From the sequence record MN648445: DNA of 64,000 nt; one strand, given 5' to 3'. Origin of the DNA: Escherichia phage FP43. The position numbers and the translations under genes are program-made. The notes beneath the pieces were generated by a model. That model was not told where the DNA came from and ran no database searches. It saw only the letters and a program-made list of their open reading frames with translations. This document shows, in pieces, positions 10,601 to 20,444 of this stretch (its first letter is position 1; each line of letters opens with the position of its first letter).

Positions 10601-11495
10601 GGTCGCCTTCCCATATACGCCATAAACTATTTGCAGCATCAAAAACAAAAAACGCGTCAGAGTCATTTCTGCCTTCAGCAATATGAGTCCCGACTTCACC
10701 AATAGACGTTGTATCATCAAATGTTTTAACAATTGTATGATACAGTGGGTTTAATCTATCTAAATCGACTAGGCTGATTATATCACCATTGTTAGCATTA
10801 CGTGGAAGTGTAATGTTGATTGGTGCTGCACTAGTAAAACGACGAACGATAAAATCATTTGCTTGTGCTTGATATGGTGTCGCAGGTGTAACAGTGATTG
10901 ATTCTTTACCATAATCGGTAATATACATCTGCCACAAACGATTACTAAACACAAACAATAGTTGTGAACGTGGGCGCGTCATTAAAACCGTACGAACTTG
11001 TTCACCTCTAAAGTTTAAAATACTCTGTACAGACGCGTTAATCTGTACTTTAACTGTCCCGGTTCGTCCACCAATATCAGCCAAAACAACAGTATCACCA
11101 TCAACTGGAGTATTTGGCAATGTAAAAACCATATCATTGCCGGCCCCAGTGTTAACCGAAATCGATTCACCTGAAGAAAGTTGATAAGTCCCAGAAGCGA
11201 CAGTTATCCATTGTGCATCAGTACGAACTGCACGCCATTGTAAAAGGTTAAATGCCCCGGAAGGAGACACGATATCATTTATTGCTTGATATAAACGGTT
11301 GTCATAAAGAACAACAAATCCTTTGTTGTATCCACGCGTAGAATCATATACTTGAACGGTGTTTTCTTGTACCAGGAAGTCAACGTTTACGCCATCAGTA
11401 CCTACTGTACGGTCGGCTAATGCTACGTTAACAATCTTGTCGCCACCGGCGTCCAGACCGTCTTCGGCTCTGAACTTACGTTTGATGTCGGCCAT
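7620..11495 (-). CDS. 34: gp34 long tail fiber proximal subunit
   Basis: 1291 aa (T4 about 1289); internal repeated ~30-aa motifs (...IATQAET..GTDDT.I.TPKKL). Confidence 0.9.
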   Translation of the reverse strand: MADIKRKFRAEDGLDAGGDKIVNVALADRTVGTDGVNVDFLVQENTVQVYDSTRGYNKGFVVLYDNRLYQAINDIVSPSGAFNLLQWRAVRTDAQWITVASGTYQLSSGESISVNTGAGNDMVFTLPNTPVDGDTVVLADIGGRTGTVKVQINASVQSILNFRGEQVRTVLMTRPRSQLLFVFSNRLWQMYITDYGKESITVTPATPYQAQANDFIVRRFTSAAPINITLPRNANNGDIISLVDLDRLNPLYHTIVKTFDDTTSIGEVGTHIAEGRNDSDAFFVFDAANSLWRIWEGDQKSRLRIIRADSNIRPNEEVLIFGTNNATTGTINLTLPTGILSGDTVKISMNYMRKGQTVKIKAAEGDTIASTVALLQFPKRSEYPPDAQWVSVTELEFNGTTSYVPVLELAYIEDTVAGTRYWVVQQNVPTVERVDAGTDATRARLGVIALATQAQANVDLENTPAKEVAITPETLANRTATEARRGIAKIATTAQVNQNSTAAFVDDTIVTPKKLNERTATETRRGLAEIATQVETDAGLDDTTIITPKKLQARQGSETLSGIVKYVSTTSATPAETRGAAGTNVYNKTVNNLTISPKALDQYKATYAQQGAVILAVDSEVIAGQSQAGYSHAVVTPETLHKKTSTDGRIGLIEIATQAETNAGTDYTRAVTPKTLNDRKATEGLSGIAEIATQVEFDTGTDDTRISTPLKIKTHFDSSDRTSVNSDSGLIEEGTLWNHYTLDIYKANETQRGTLRVATQAESNAGTLDDVLITPKKLLGTKSTETSEGVIKVATQAETVTGTSANTAVSPKNLKWIVQNEPTWAATTAIRGFVKTSSGSITFVGNDTVGSTQPLESYEKNSYAISPYELNRVLANYLPLKAKAADANLLDGLDSSQFIRRDIAQTVNGSLTLTQQTNLSAPLVSSSTATFGGSVSANSTLTISNTGASTRLIFEKGPQTGNNPAQAMNIRVWGNQFAGGSDTSRATIFEVGDETSNHFYSQRDNLGNITFSINGTVRPINVNASGTLNANGAATFGRSVTAQGEFITYSANAFRAISGNYGFFIRNDAANTYFMLTASGDQTGGFNGLRPLAINNASGQVTIGEGLIIAKGATINSGGLTVNSRIRSQGTKASDLYTRAPTSDTVGFWSIDINDSATYNQFPGYFKMVEKTNEVTGLPYLERGEEVKSPGTLTQFGNTLDSLYQDWITYPTTPEARTTRWTRTWQKTKNSWSSFVQVFDGGNPPQPSDIGALPSDNATIGNLTIRDFLRIGNVRVIPDPVNKSVKFEWIE

Positions 11496-11525
11496 TCGTT
11501 TTTCCTTTATTGTTTCAATAATACT

Positions 11526-11533
11526 TATTTATA
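11526..11533 (-). promoter_or_regulatory. late promoter TATAAATA for gene 34
   Basis: Exact TATAAATA on the minus strand about 30 nt upstream of the gene 34 ATG. Confidence 0.7.
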
Positions 11534-11536
11534 CCA

Positions 11537-11566
11537 GTTTACGCTTTCAAATGAGTGTGTTACTAT
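11537..11566 (+). promoter_or_regulatory. early promoter GTTTAC-N18-TACTAT upstream of rnh
   Basis: -35 GTTTAC 11537-11542, -10 TACTAT 11561-11566. Confidence 0.6.
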
Positions 11567-11598
11567 AGACAAGTTGACTAACTGAACAAGAGGTTCAT

Positions 11599-12516
11599 AT
11601 GGATTTAGAAATGATGTTGGATGAAGATTACAAAGAAGGTATTGCACTTGCCGACTTTAGTAACATTGCGTTGGCAGCCGCATTAAACAACTTTGAAGAT
11701 GGCGATAAAATTACTGTTCCAATGGTTCGCCATGTAATATTGAATTCAATTCGTAAAAACGTAGTGATGTTCCGTAAGCAAGGCTATACAAAATTTGTAT
11801 TGTGTATGGATAATGCTACTTCAGGTTATTGGCGACGTGACTTTGCTTACTATTACAAGAAAAATCGCAAAACCGATCGTGAAGCTTCAAAGTGGGATTG
11901 GGAAGGATATTTTACTGCACTCCATCAAGTTGTTGATGAGATTAAGAAATACATGCCATACGTTGTAATGGATATTGACAAGTATGAAGCGGATGACCAT
12001 ATCGGTGTATTAACTAAATATTTGTCATTAGCTGGTCATAAGGTATGTATTGTTGCATCAGATGGTGACTTTACACAATTACACAAATATCCTAACGTTA
12101 AACAGTGGTCGCCACCACAGAAAAAATGGGTTAAAATTAAGAATGGTTCTGCTGAAATTGATTGCATGACTAAAATTCTTAAAGGCGACCGTAAGGATGG
12201 TGTTGCATCTGTTCGAGTTCGTGGTGACTTCTGGTTTACTCGAGTTGAAGGTGAACGAACTCCAAGCATGAAAACATCAATTATTGAAGCAATTGCTAAC
12301 GACCGTTCTCAAGCTGAAGTATTATTAAGTGCAGAAGAATATAAACGGTATCAAGAAAATTTGGTTCTCATTGATTTTGATTATATCCCTGATAATATTG
12401 CTTCAACCATTATAGAGTATTATAACTCGTATAAACAACAACCTAAAGGCAAGATTTATTCATACTTTGTAAAATCTGGTCTTTCTAAATTAACAAGTGT
12501 AATTAATGAATTCTGA
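11599..12516 (+). CDS. rnh: RNase H / 5'-3' flap exonuclease
   Basis: 305 aa as in T4; position between gene 34 and dsbA. Confidence 0.9.
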   Translation: MDLEMMLDEDYKEGIALADFSNIALAAALNNFEDGDKITVPMVRHVILNSIRKNVVMFRKQGYTKFVLCMDNATSGYWRRDFAYYYKKNRKTDREASKWDWEGYFTALHQVVDEIKKYMPYVVMDIDKYEADDHIGVLTKYLSLAGHKVCIVASDGDFTQLHKYPNVKQWSPPQKKWVKIKNGSAEIDCMTKILKGDRKDGVASVRVRGDFWFTRVEGERTPSMKTSIIEAIANDRSQAEVLLSAEEYKRYQENLVLIDFDYIPDNIASTIIEYYNSYKQQPKGKIYSYFVKSGLSKLTSVINEF

Positions 12517-12523
12517 GGTAAAC

Positions 12524-12793
12524 ATGGCTAAGAAAGAAGCAGTTGAATTTAATCAAGATGTGCATGGTGAAGAACTGGCTAAACTAGTCAAGGAAGCTTC
12601 CGATAACAAACTTAAAATTTCTGGTTATAATGAACTGATTAAAGACATTCGTACTCGTGCTAAAGAAGAGCTTGGTGTCGATGGAAAAATGTTTAATCGT
12701 TTGTTAGCTCTTTATCATAAAGATGCTCGTGACCAATTTGAAGCTGAAAACGAAGAGGTAGTCGAGCTTTATGACACAGTTTTCACTAAGTGA
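12524..12793 (+). CDS. dsbA: DsbA double-stranded DNA-binding protein
   Basis: 89 aa from ATG 12524 (SD GAGG); MAKKEAVEF... matches T4 DsbA; track start 12506 is probably too early. Confidence 0.8.
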   Translation: MAKKEAVEFNQDVHGEELAKLVKEASDNKLKISGYNELIKDIRTRAKEELGVDGKMFNRLLALYHKDARDQFEAENEEVVELYDTVFTK

Positions 12794-13109
12794 TATTAAA
12801 CCGGTTGATGAGGCCGGTTTATCTGAACAAGAATTAGCAGTAAAACATGATAAAGATGATATCGCTAAATTGCTTGACCGCCAAGAAAACGGATTCATTA
12901 TCGAATCTATGGTTGAACAATTTGGTATGTCTTATTTAGAAGCAACAACTGCTTTCTTGGAAGAAAATTCTATTCCAGAAACACAATTTGCTAAATTTAT
13001 TCCTACAGGAATTGTTGAAAAAATTACAAGCGAAGCAATTGACGAAAACATGCTTCGCCCATCAGTTGCTCGTGGTGAAAAAACTAATACGTTAGATTTC
13101 TTATTATGA
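12771..13109 (+). CDS. 33: gp33 late transcription co-activator
   Basis: 112 aa; MTQFSLSDIKPVDE... matches T4 gp33. Confidence 0.85.
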   Translation: MTQFSLSDIKPVDEAGLSEQELAVKHDKDDIAKLLDRQENGFIIESMVEQFGMSYLEATTAFLEENSIPETQFAKFIPTGIVEKITSEAIDENMLRPSVARGEKTNTLDFLL

Positions 13110-13759
13110 TTAAAATACGCATGCCTCCTGATGGAGAACGTTATATTAACGGAAAATCGGTATACAAACTATACTTGATGTGCAAACAACATTTTAATGG
13201 TCGGTATGACGTAATCAAATATAACTGGTGCATGCGTGTTTCGGATAATGCGTATCAAAAACGCCGAGATAAATATTTCTTTGAAAAACTAGCAGAGAAA
13301 TATAAATTGAAGGAACTCACCTTGATATTCATAAGCAACTTAGTTGCTAACCAAGACGCATGGATTGGTGAGATATCAGACGCTGATGCATTAGTTTTCT
13401 ATAGGGAATATATTGGACGTCTCAAACAAGCTAAAGAGACGTTTGCCGAAGACGTACGTAACATCTACTATTTCAGTAAGAAAGTTGAAGTTAGTGCGCT
13501 TCAAGAGATATTTGATTATAATAACAACGTTCAGTCGAGCTACATATTCAAATTGCTACAAAGCAATATAATTTCATTTGAAACCTTCTTGTTGTTGGAT
13601 TCATTCTTGAATATTATAGATAAGCATGACGAACTTACTGACAATTTAGTCTGGCAAAATTATTCTACAAAATTAAAGGCATATCGAAAAATACTTCAAA
13701 TCGATGGAAATGCTGCTAAGAAATTGTTCATAGAAACAATCAAATCATGTAAGTATTAA
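13106..13759 (+). CDS. 59: gp59 helicase loader
   Basis: 217 aa as in T4; position between 33 and 32. Confidence 0.85.
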   Translation: MIKIRMPPDGERYINGKSVYKLYLMCKQHFNGRYDVIKYNWCMRVSDNAYQKRRDKYFFEKLAEKYKLKELTLIFISNLVANQDAWIGEISDADALVFYREYIGRLKQAKETFAEDVRNIYYFSKKVEVSALQEIFDYNNNVQSSYIFKLLQSNIISFETFLLLDSFLNIIDKHDELTDNLVWQNYSTKLKAYRKILQIDGNAAKKLFIETIKSCKY

Positions 13760-13788
13760 GCTTTATTTCTTGTGTGTTAAAATTACTT

Positions 13789-13796
13789 TATAAATA
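13789..13796 (+). promoter_or_regulatory. possible late promoter TATAAATA upstream of gene 32
   Basis: Exact TATAAATA on the plus strand about 80 nt upstream of the gene 32 ATG. Confidence 0.4.
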
Positions 13797-13804
13797 AATC
13801 ATAC

Positions 13805-13875
13805 CAGCTACGAGGTATAAGTGTCGTAGCAACCAACTGTAAATAAATTAAATAATCTAAATAAAGGTAAATATA
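13805..13875 (+). promoter_or_regulatory. gene 32 translational operator (pseudoknot-like stem + A/U-rich tract)
   Basis: GCTACGAGG (13807-13815) pairs with TCGTAGC (13824-13830); then AAATAAATTAAATAATCTAAATAAAGG leading into the RBS, as in the T4 gp32 autoregulatory site. Confidence 0.6.
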
Positions 13876-14775
13876 ATGTTTAAACGTAAATCTACTGCTG
13901 ACCTCGCTGCTCAAATGGCTAAACTGAACGGTAACAAAGGTTTCTCTTCAGAAGATAAAGGCGAATGGAAGCTGAAGCTAGATGCATCAGGTAATGGTCA
14001 AGCGGTAATTCGTTTCCTGCCAGCAAAAACTGATGACGCACTACCATTTGCAATTCTTGTTAACCACGGTTTCAAGAAAAATGGTAAATGGTATATTGAA
14101 AATTGCTCTTCTACACATGGTGATTACGACTCTTGTCCTGTATGTCAGTACATTATTAAAAATGACCTGTACAATACCAACAAAACTGAATATTCTCAAC
14201 TGAAACGTAAAACTTCTTATTGGGCTAATATTCTGGTTGTTAAAGACCCTCAAGCTCCAGATAACGAAGGTAAAGTATTTAAATATCGTTTCGGTAAAAA
14301 GATTTGGGACAAAATCAATGCAATGATTGCAGTTGATACCGAAATGGGTGAAACTCCGGTTGATGTTACTTGCCCGTTTGAAGGTGCCAACTTCGTTCTG
14401 AAAGCTAAGCAGGTTTCCGGTTTTAGCAACTATGACGAATCTAAATTCTTGGGTCAATCTGAAATTCCTCGTATTAATGACGAAGCATTCCAGAAAGAAC
14501 TATATGACCAGATGGTAGACCTTACTACTTTGACGGCTAAAGACCAGTTCAAATCCTTTGAAAAATTAAATGAATCTTTCGCTAAGGTTCTTGGTACTGC
14601 CGCTCTTGGTGGTGCAGCAGCTGCCGCAGCTTCTGTTGCAGATAAAGTTGCTTCTGACCTCGACGATTTTGATAAAGACATGGAAGCCTTTAGTTCTGCA
14701 AAAACTGAAGATGACTTCATGAGTTCCTCGTCTTCTGACGATGGCGACCTCGATGACCTGTTAGCTGGTCTATAA
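13876..14775 (+). CDS. 32: gp32 single-stranded DNA-binding protein
   Basis: 299 aa; [36 protein letters not shown]... matches T4 gp32; acidic C-terminus. Confidence 0.95.
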   Translation: MFKRKSTADLAAQMAKLNGNKGFSSEDKGEWKLKLDASGNGQAVIRFLPAKTDDALPFAILVNHGFKKNGKWYIENCSSTHGDYDSCPVCQYIIKNDLYNTNKTEYSQLKRKTSYWANILVVKDPQAPDNEGKVFKYRFGKKIWDKINAMIAVDTEMGETPVDVTCPFEGANFVLKAKQVSGFSNYDESKFLGQSEIPRINDEAFQKELYDQMVDLTTLTAKDQFKSFEKLNESFAKVLGTAALGGAAAAAASVADKVASDLDDFDKDMEAFSSAKTEDDFMSSSSSDDGDLDDLLAGL

Positions 14776-14781
14776 TAAATT

Positions 14782-14804
14782 GGGAGACTTCGGTCTCCCT
14801 TTTG
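14782..14804 (+). terminator. rho-independent terminator after gene 32
   Basis: GGGAGAC-TTCG-GTCTCCC + TTTT. Confidence 0.8.
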
Positions 14805-14831
14805 GGCATCTGTAACTTACCTAAAAAAGTT

Positions 14832-14860
14832 GTTTACTTCCTCCAAGGACATGATACTAT
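14832..14860 (+). promoter_or_regulatory. early promoter cassette (PeSL-like)
   Basis: GTTTAC 14832-14837, N17, TACTAT 14855-14860; then CAACAACATGAGGAAA RBS block. Confidence 0.65.
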
Positions 14861-14889
14861 AGACCTATCAACAACATGAGGAAATCAAG

Positions 14890-15276
14890 ATGGAAATCGG
14901 AAAAACTTATATCATTAACCCTTTATTTAAAGATGACTTTGTCCAAGAAGCTCCACGCAATAACAGCCGGATGCTAGATTTGATCGAGAAACATGGCCCA
15001 AGTTTTGTTGTGGAAGAAGATGAATATGATGGCGACGGCTACAACGTAGTATGTGTAACCATGGAAGATGGCACAGAATGTTCTGCTGGCGGTCCGGCAG
15101 AAACTTATTTTGAAATTTATCCTGACGAGTTCAAATACTTCAACGAGGTGACTTTAGAAAAGCCTCAACCTATTGACGAAGGTATAGTTTTAGGTGTAAC
15201 AAAAATTCATTGTGTCGTGGATGAAACTAACGTTGACGAAATCATCGAACTTTTGCAAAAAACTTTTAAAAAGTAG
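14890..15276 (+). CDS. hypothetical protein (128 aa), paralog of 15338..15700
   Basis: Shared IGKTYIINP...HGPSFVV...DEFK.F.EV blocks with the next ORF; own promoter cassette. Confidence 0.6.
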   Translation: MEIGKTYIINPLFKDDFVQEAPRNNSRMLDLIEKHGPSFVVEEDEYDGDGYNVVCVTMEDGTECSAGGPAETYFEIYPDEFKYFNEVTLEKPQPIDEGIVLGVTKIHCVVDETNVDEIIELLQKTFKK

Positions 15277-15314
15277 TATACAAAAAGATAGGACTATGTT
15301 ATAGTAGTCCTATC
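15276..15314 (+). promoter_or_regulatory. early promoter cassette (GTATAC variant) with 10-bp hairpin around the -10
   Basis: GTATAC 15276-15281, -10 TATAGT 15300-15305; inverted repeat GATAGGACTA (15287-15296) / TAGTCCTATC (15305-15314). Confidence 0.55.
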
Positions 15315-15337
15315 AAAACAAATGAGAGGAAATCAAA

Positions 15338-15700
15338 ATGAAAATTGGAAAAACTTATATCATCAATCCAGAATGTAAAGCTATCTTCGCCAATGAATGC
15401 CCACAAAACGCCGATATGCTGGCTTTGATTGAGCTTCATGGTCCTAGTTTTGTTGTAAAAGACATGAACACAGATTATGATGATGATAAATGTGTAACCC
15501 GTGTAACTATGCGAGACGGTACTGAATTCGGTTTTGATGGTAAGCCAGGTTCATATTTTGAGCTTTATGATGATGAGTTTAAACACTTCATCGAGGTATC
15601 TCCAGAGTCTATTTCTAAACAATCACTCATCTTTGAAGTGACTACGGAAAATGCTCGAGATGTGATTGCAGAAATTAAAGAAATTTTTGGAATAAAATAG
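15338..15700 (+). CDS. hypothetical protein (120 aa), paralog of 14890..15276
   Basis: Clear similarity to the upstream ORF; own promoter cassette. Confidence 0.6.
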   Translation: MKIGKTYIINPECKAIFANECPQNADMLALIELHGPSFVVKDMNTDYDDDKCVTRVTMRDGTEFGFDGKPGSYFELYDDEFKHFIEVSPESISKQSLIFEVTTENARDVIAEIKEIFGIK

Positions 15701-15736
15701 TATACAACAGAGTAATGGTGTGATACTATTACTCTG
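15700..15736 (+). promoter_or_regulatory. early promoter cassette (GTATAC variant) with 9-bp hairpin around the -10
   Basis: GTATAC 15700-15705, TACTAT 15724-15729; inverted repeat CAGAGTAAT (15708-15716) / ATTACTCTG (15728-15736). Confidence 0.55.
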
Positions 15737-15765
15737 TCAAAACAAATGAAGCAACGGAGAATAAA

Positions 15766-16014
15766 ATGAAATTACAACGCCAAAGCATTAACGATTCTGA
15801 AGTTAAAGGCAAATGGTACTTCAACATCCTTGATAAAGATGCTGAACTCCTTGAACAAGCTGAAGCAGCTTTACGTGAAATGGGCTGGAATGAAGAATGT
15901 GATGGATGTCCACTTTATGAAGACGGCGAAAGCGCAGGATTCTGGATTCACCACTCCGACGTTGAAATGTTCAAAGCTGATTGGAAAGTTGTTAAAGCAA
16001 ATCTGAGGAAATAA
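15766..16014 (+). CDS. hypothetical protein (82 aa)
   Basis: ATG ORF with its own upstream promoter cassette. Confidence 0.5.
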   Translation: MKLQRQSINDSEVKGKWYFNILDKDAELLEQAEAALREMGWNEECDGCPLYEDGESAGFWIHHSDVEMFKADWKVVKANLRK

Positions 16015-16016
16015 AA

Positions 16017-17792
<1,776 letters not shown>

Positions 17793-17793
17793 A

Positions 17794-18048
17794 ATGATTT
17801 TACGTTTTATTAATTCATATGGCACCACAATTTTTGAAATGAAAAATCCAAGTGAACTGGATATCCCTTCACCGAATAGTGAAATCACAGTTAAAGGTGA
17901 ACGATTCATTTGCCATTCACATGAACGAATTTATGAATATCGTGAATTTTGTGGTGGATTCGGTATGGAAAAAGAGCCTCTGGTTTATTTCGATATTACA
18001 GTCTTGACTCCTAAAGAATATGAAGAAATTATTGCTGAGGATAATTAA
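17794..18048 (+). CDS. hypothetical protein (84 aa)
   Basis: ATG 17794, 1 nt after the td stop; track start 17731 overlaps td. Confidence 0.45.
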   Translation: MILRFINSYGTTIFEMKNPSELDIPSPNSEITVKGERFICHSHERIYEYREFCGGFGMEKEPLVYFDITVLTPKEYEEIIAEDN

Positions 18049-18072
18049 CGCTTCAGTTTAAAAGTGTATAAT
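18047..18072 (+). promoter_or_regulatory. possible middle (MotA-type) promoter upstream of nrdA
   Basis: CGCTTCA MotA-box-like element about 12 nt upstream of TATAAT 18067-18072. Confidence 0.35.
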
Positions 18073-18079
18073 AAATTAA

Positions 18080-18098
18080 CGGGATAAATACTATCCCG
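18080..18098 (+). terminator. hairpin in the nrdA leader
   Basis: CGGGATA-AATAC-TATCCCG then TTTGG; after the ORF ending at 18048. Confidence 0.35.
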
Positions 18099-18135
18099 TT
18101 TGGAGTAATGATTACTAACCTATGCTGAGGAATAT

Positions 18136-20391
18136 ATGCAAGTAACTAAGAGTAGTGGTGTAAGCCAGAATTTTGATGCACAAAAAATTATCCAAGTCTT
18201 AACTTGGCAATGTGAAGGAACACAAATCGACCCATATGAATTGTACGAAGAAATTAAGACCCATCTTGTCGATGGGATGAGCACCAAAGATATCCAGAAG
18301 ATTTGTATTAAAGTTGCAGCTAACTTGATTTCTGTCGAAGAACCTGACTATCAATATGTTGCCGCTAAAGGATTAATGTTTGCACTTCGTAAAGATGTAT
18401 ATGGGCAGTTTGAACCGCCTGCTTTTATCGACCATATTTCTTACTGTGTTAATGAAGGCAAATATGACCCTGAGCTGTTGTCTCAATATTCAGCAGAAGA
18501 AATCATTTATCTCGATTCACAGATTAAACATGAACGAGACTTTGATCTGACTTATGCTGGTGCTATGCAGCTTAAAGAAAAATATCTAGTTAAAGATAAA
18601 ACAACTGGGAAGATTTATGAAACTCCACAGTTTGCTATCATGGCTATTGGCATGGCCTTACATCAAGACGAAACTCATGACCGTTTGAAACATATTATTC
18701 GTTTTTATGATGCCGTTTCTACTCATCAAGTTTCATTGCCAACCCCAATTATGGCAGGTGCTCGTACTCCAACTCGCCAGTTCTCTAGTTGTGTAGTTAT
18801 TGAAGCCGGTGATTCGTTAAAATCTATTAACAAAACTTCAGCATCAATTATTGAATATATTTCTAAACGAGCTGGTATCGGTATCAACGTTGGTATGCTT
18901 CGTGCAGAAGGTTCTAAGATCGGTACGGGTGAAGTTCGACATACAGGTGTTATTCCATTCTGGAAACATTTCCAAACTGCAGTAAAATCTTGTTCTCAAG
19001 GTGGTATTCGTGGTGGTGCTGCTACAGCGTATTATCCGATGTGGCACTTAGAAGTAGAGAACCTGTTAGTTCTGAAAAATAACAAAGGCGTGGATGAAAA
19101 CCGTATTCGACATATGGACTACGGAATTCAGATTAATGACCTTATGATGGAACGCCTTGGTAAAAATGATTATATTACTTTATTTAGCCCTCACGAAATG
19201 TCAGGCGAACTATACTACTCGTTCTTTGAAGATCAAGATAAATTCCGTGAGCTTTATGAGAAAGCTGAAAAAGACCCAACAATCAGAAAGAAAAGAATCA
19301 AAGCACTAGAACTCTTTGAATTGTTCATGACTGAACGTTCTGGCACTGCTCGAATTTATCCACAGTTTGTTGATAACACGAATAACTACACTCCATTTAT
19401 TCGTGAAAAAGCTCCAATTCGACAGAGTAACTTATGTTGTGAAATCGCTATTCCAACTAATGATGTGAATGGTCCTGATGCTGAAATTGGATTGTGCACA
19501 TTATCTGCTTTTGTATTAGATAAATTTGATTGGCAAGACCAAGATAAAATTAATGAACTTGCTGAAGTACAAGTACGTGCACTTGATAACCTGTTAGACT
19601 ATCAAGATTATCCGGTTCCAGAAGCTTTAAAAGCTAAAAAGCGTCGAAACCTAGGTGTCGGTGTTACGAACTATGCCGCATGGTTAGCTTCTAACTTCGC
19701 TTCATATGAAGACGCTAACGATTTGACTCATGAATTGTTTGAGAGATTGCAATATGGCCTTATCAAAGCATCAATCAAACTCGCCAAAGAAAAAGGATGT
19801 TGCGAGTATTATTCAGACACTAAATGGTCTAGAGGCGAATTACCTATCGACTGGTACAATAAAAAGATTGACCAAATCGCAGCCCCGAACTACGTCTGTG
19901 ACTGGGAAGAACTTCGAGCTGAACTCAAAGAACATGGAATTCGTAACTCAACGTTGTCTGCACTCATGCCTTGTGAGTCAAGCAGTCAAGTATCGAACTC
20001 TACAAACGGGATTGAGCCACCACGCGGCCCAGTAAGTATTAAAGAATCTAAAGAAGGCAACTTCCGACAGGTTGTTCCTAATATCGAACATAACATGAGT
20101 CTTTACGACTATGCGTGGAAACTTGCTAAGAAAGGTAATAAACCTTATTTGACTCAAGTTGCTATCATGTTGAAATGGGTGTGCCAATCTGCTTCTGCTA
20201 ATACTTACTATGACCCTGCAGTATTTGAGAAAGGTAAAGTGCCAATGTCAGTAATGCTTGACGATCTGCTTTACTTCTGGTACTTTGGTGGAAAAAACCT
20301 CTACTATCATAACACTCGTGATGGGTCAGGTACAGATGACTATGAATTAGAAACACCTAAAGCTGAAGATTGTTCTGCTTGTAAGCTTTAA
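18136..20391 (+). CDS. nrdA: ribonucleotide reductase large subunit
   Basis: 751 aa; class Ia RNR alpha; C-terminal CSACKL-type tail. Confidence 0.95.
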   Translation: MQVTKSSGVSQNFDAQKIIQVLTWQCEGTQIDPYELYEEIKTHLVDGMSTKDIQKICIKVAANLISVEEPDYQYVAAKGLMFALRKDVYGQFEPPAFIDHISYCVNEGKYDPELLSQYSAEEIIYLDSQIKHERDFDLTYAGAMQLKEKYLVKDKTTGKIYETPQFAIMAIGMALHQDETHDRLKHIIRFYDAVSTHQVSLPTPIMAGARTPTRQFSSCVVIEAGDSLKSINKTSASIIEYISKRAGIGINVGMLRAEGSKIGTGEVRHTGVIPFWKHFQTAVKSCSQGGIRGGAATAYYPMWHLEVENLLVLKNNKGVDENRIRHMDYGIQINDLMMERLGKNDYITLFSPHEMSGELYYSFFEDQDKFRELYEKAEKDPTIRKKRIKALELFELFMTERSGTARIYPQFVDNTNNYTPFIREKAPIRQSNLCCEIAIPTNDVNGPDAEIGLCTLSAFVLDKFDWQDQDKINELAEVQVRALDNLLDYQDYPVPEALKAKKRRNLGVGVTNYAAWLASNFASYEDANDLTHELFERLQYGLIKASIKLAKEKGCCEYYSDTKWSRGELPIDWYNKKIDQIAAPNYVCDWEELRAELKEHGIRNSTLSALMPCESSSQVSNSTNGIEPPRGPVSIKESKEGNFRQVVPNIEHNMSLYDYAWKLAKKGNKPYLTQVAIMLKWVCQSASANTYYDPAVFEKGKVPMSVMLDDLLYFWYFGGKNLYYHNTRDGSGTDDYELETPKAEDCSACKL

Positions 20392-20444
20392 GACTTTTGA
20401 TTATAATTTACTCATGGATGAGTTAAAACTAAGTGAGAAATATA

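Noticed and set aside
14041-14457. 138-aa minus-strand ORF inside gene 32
   Set aside because: Antisense to a highly conserved gene; no signals.
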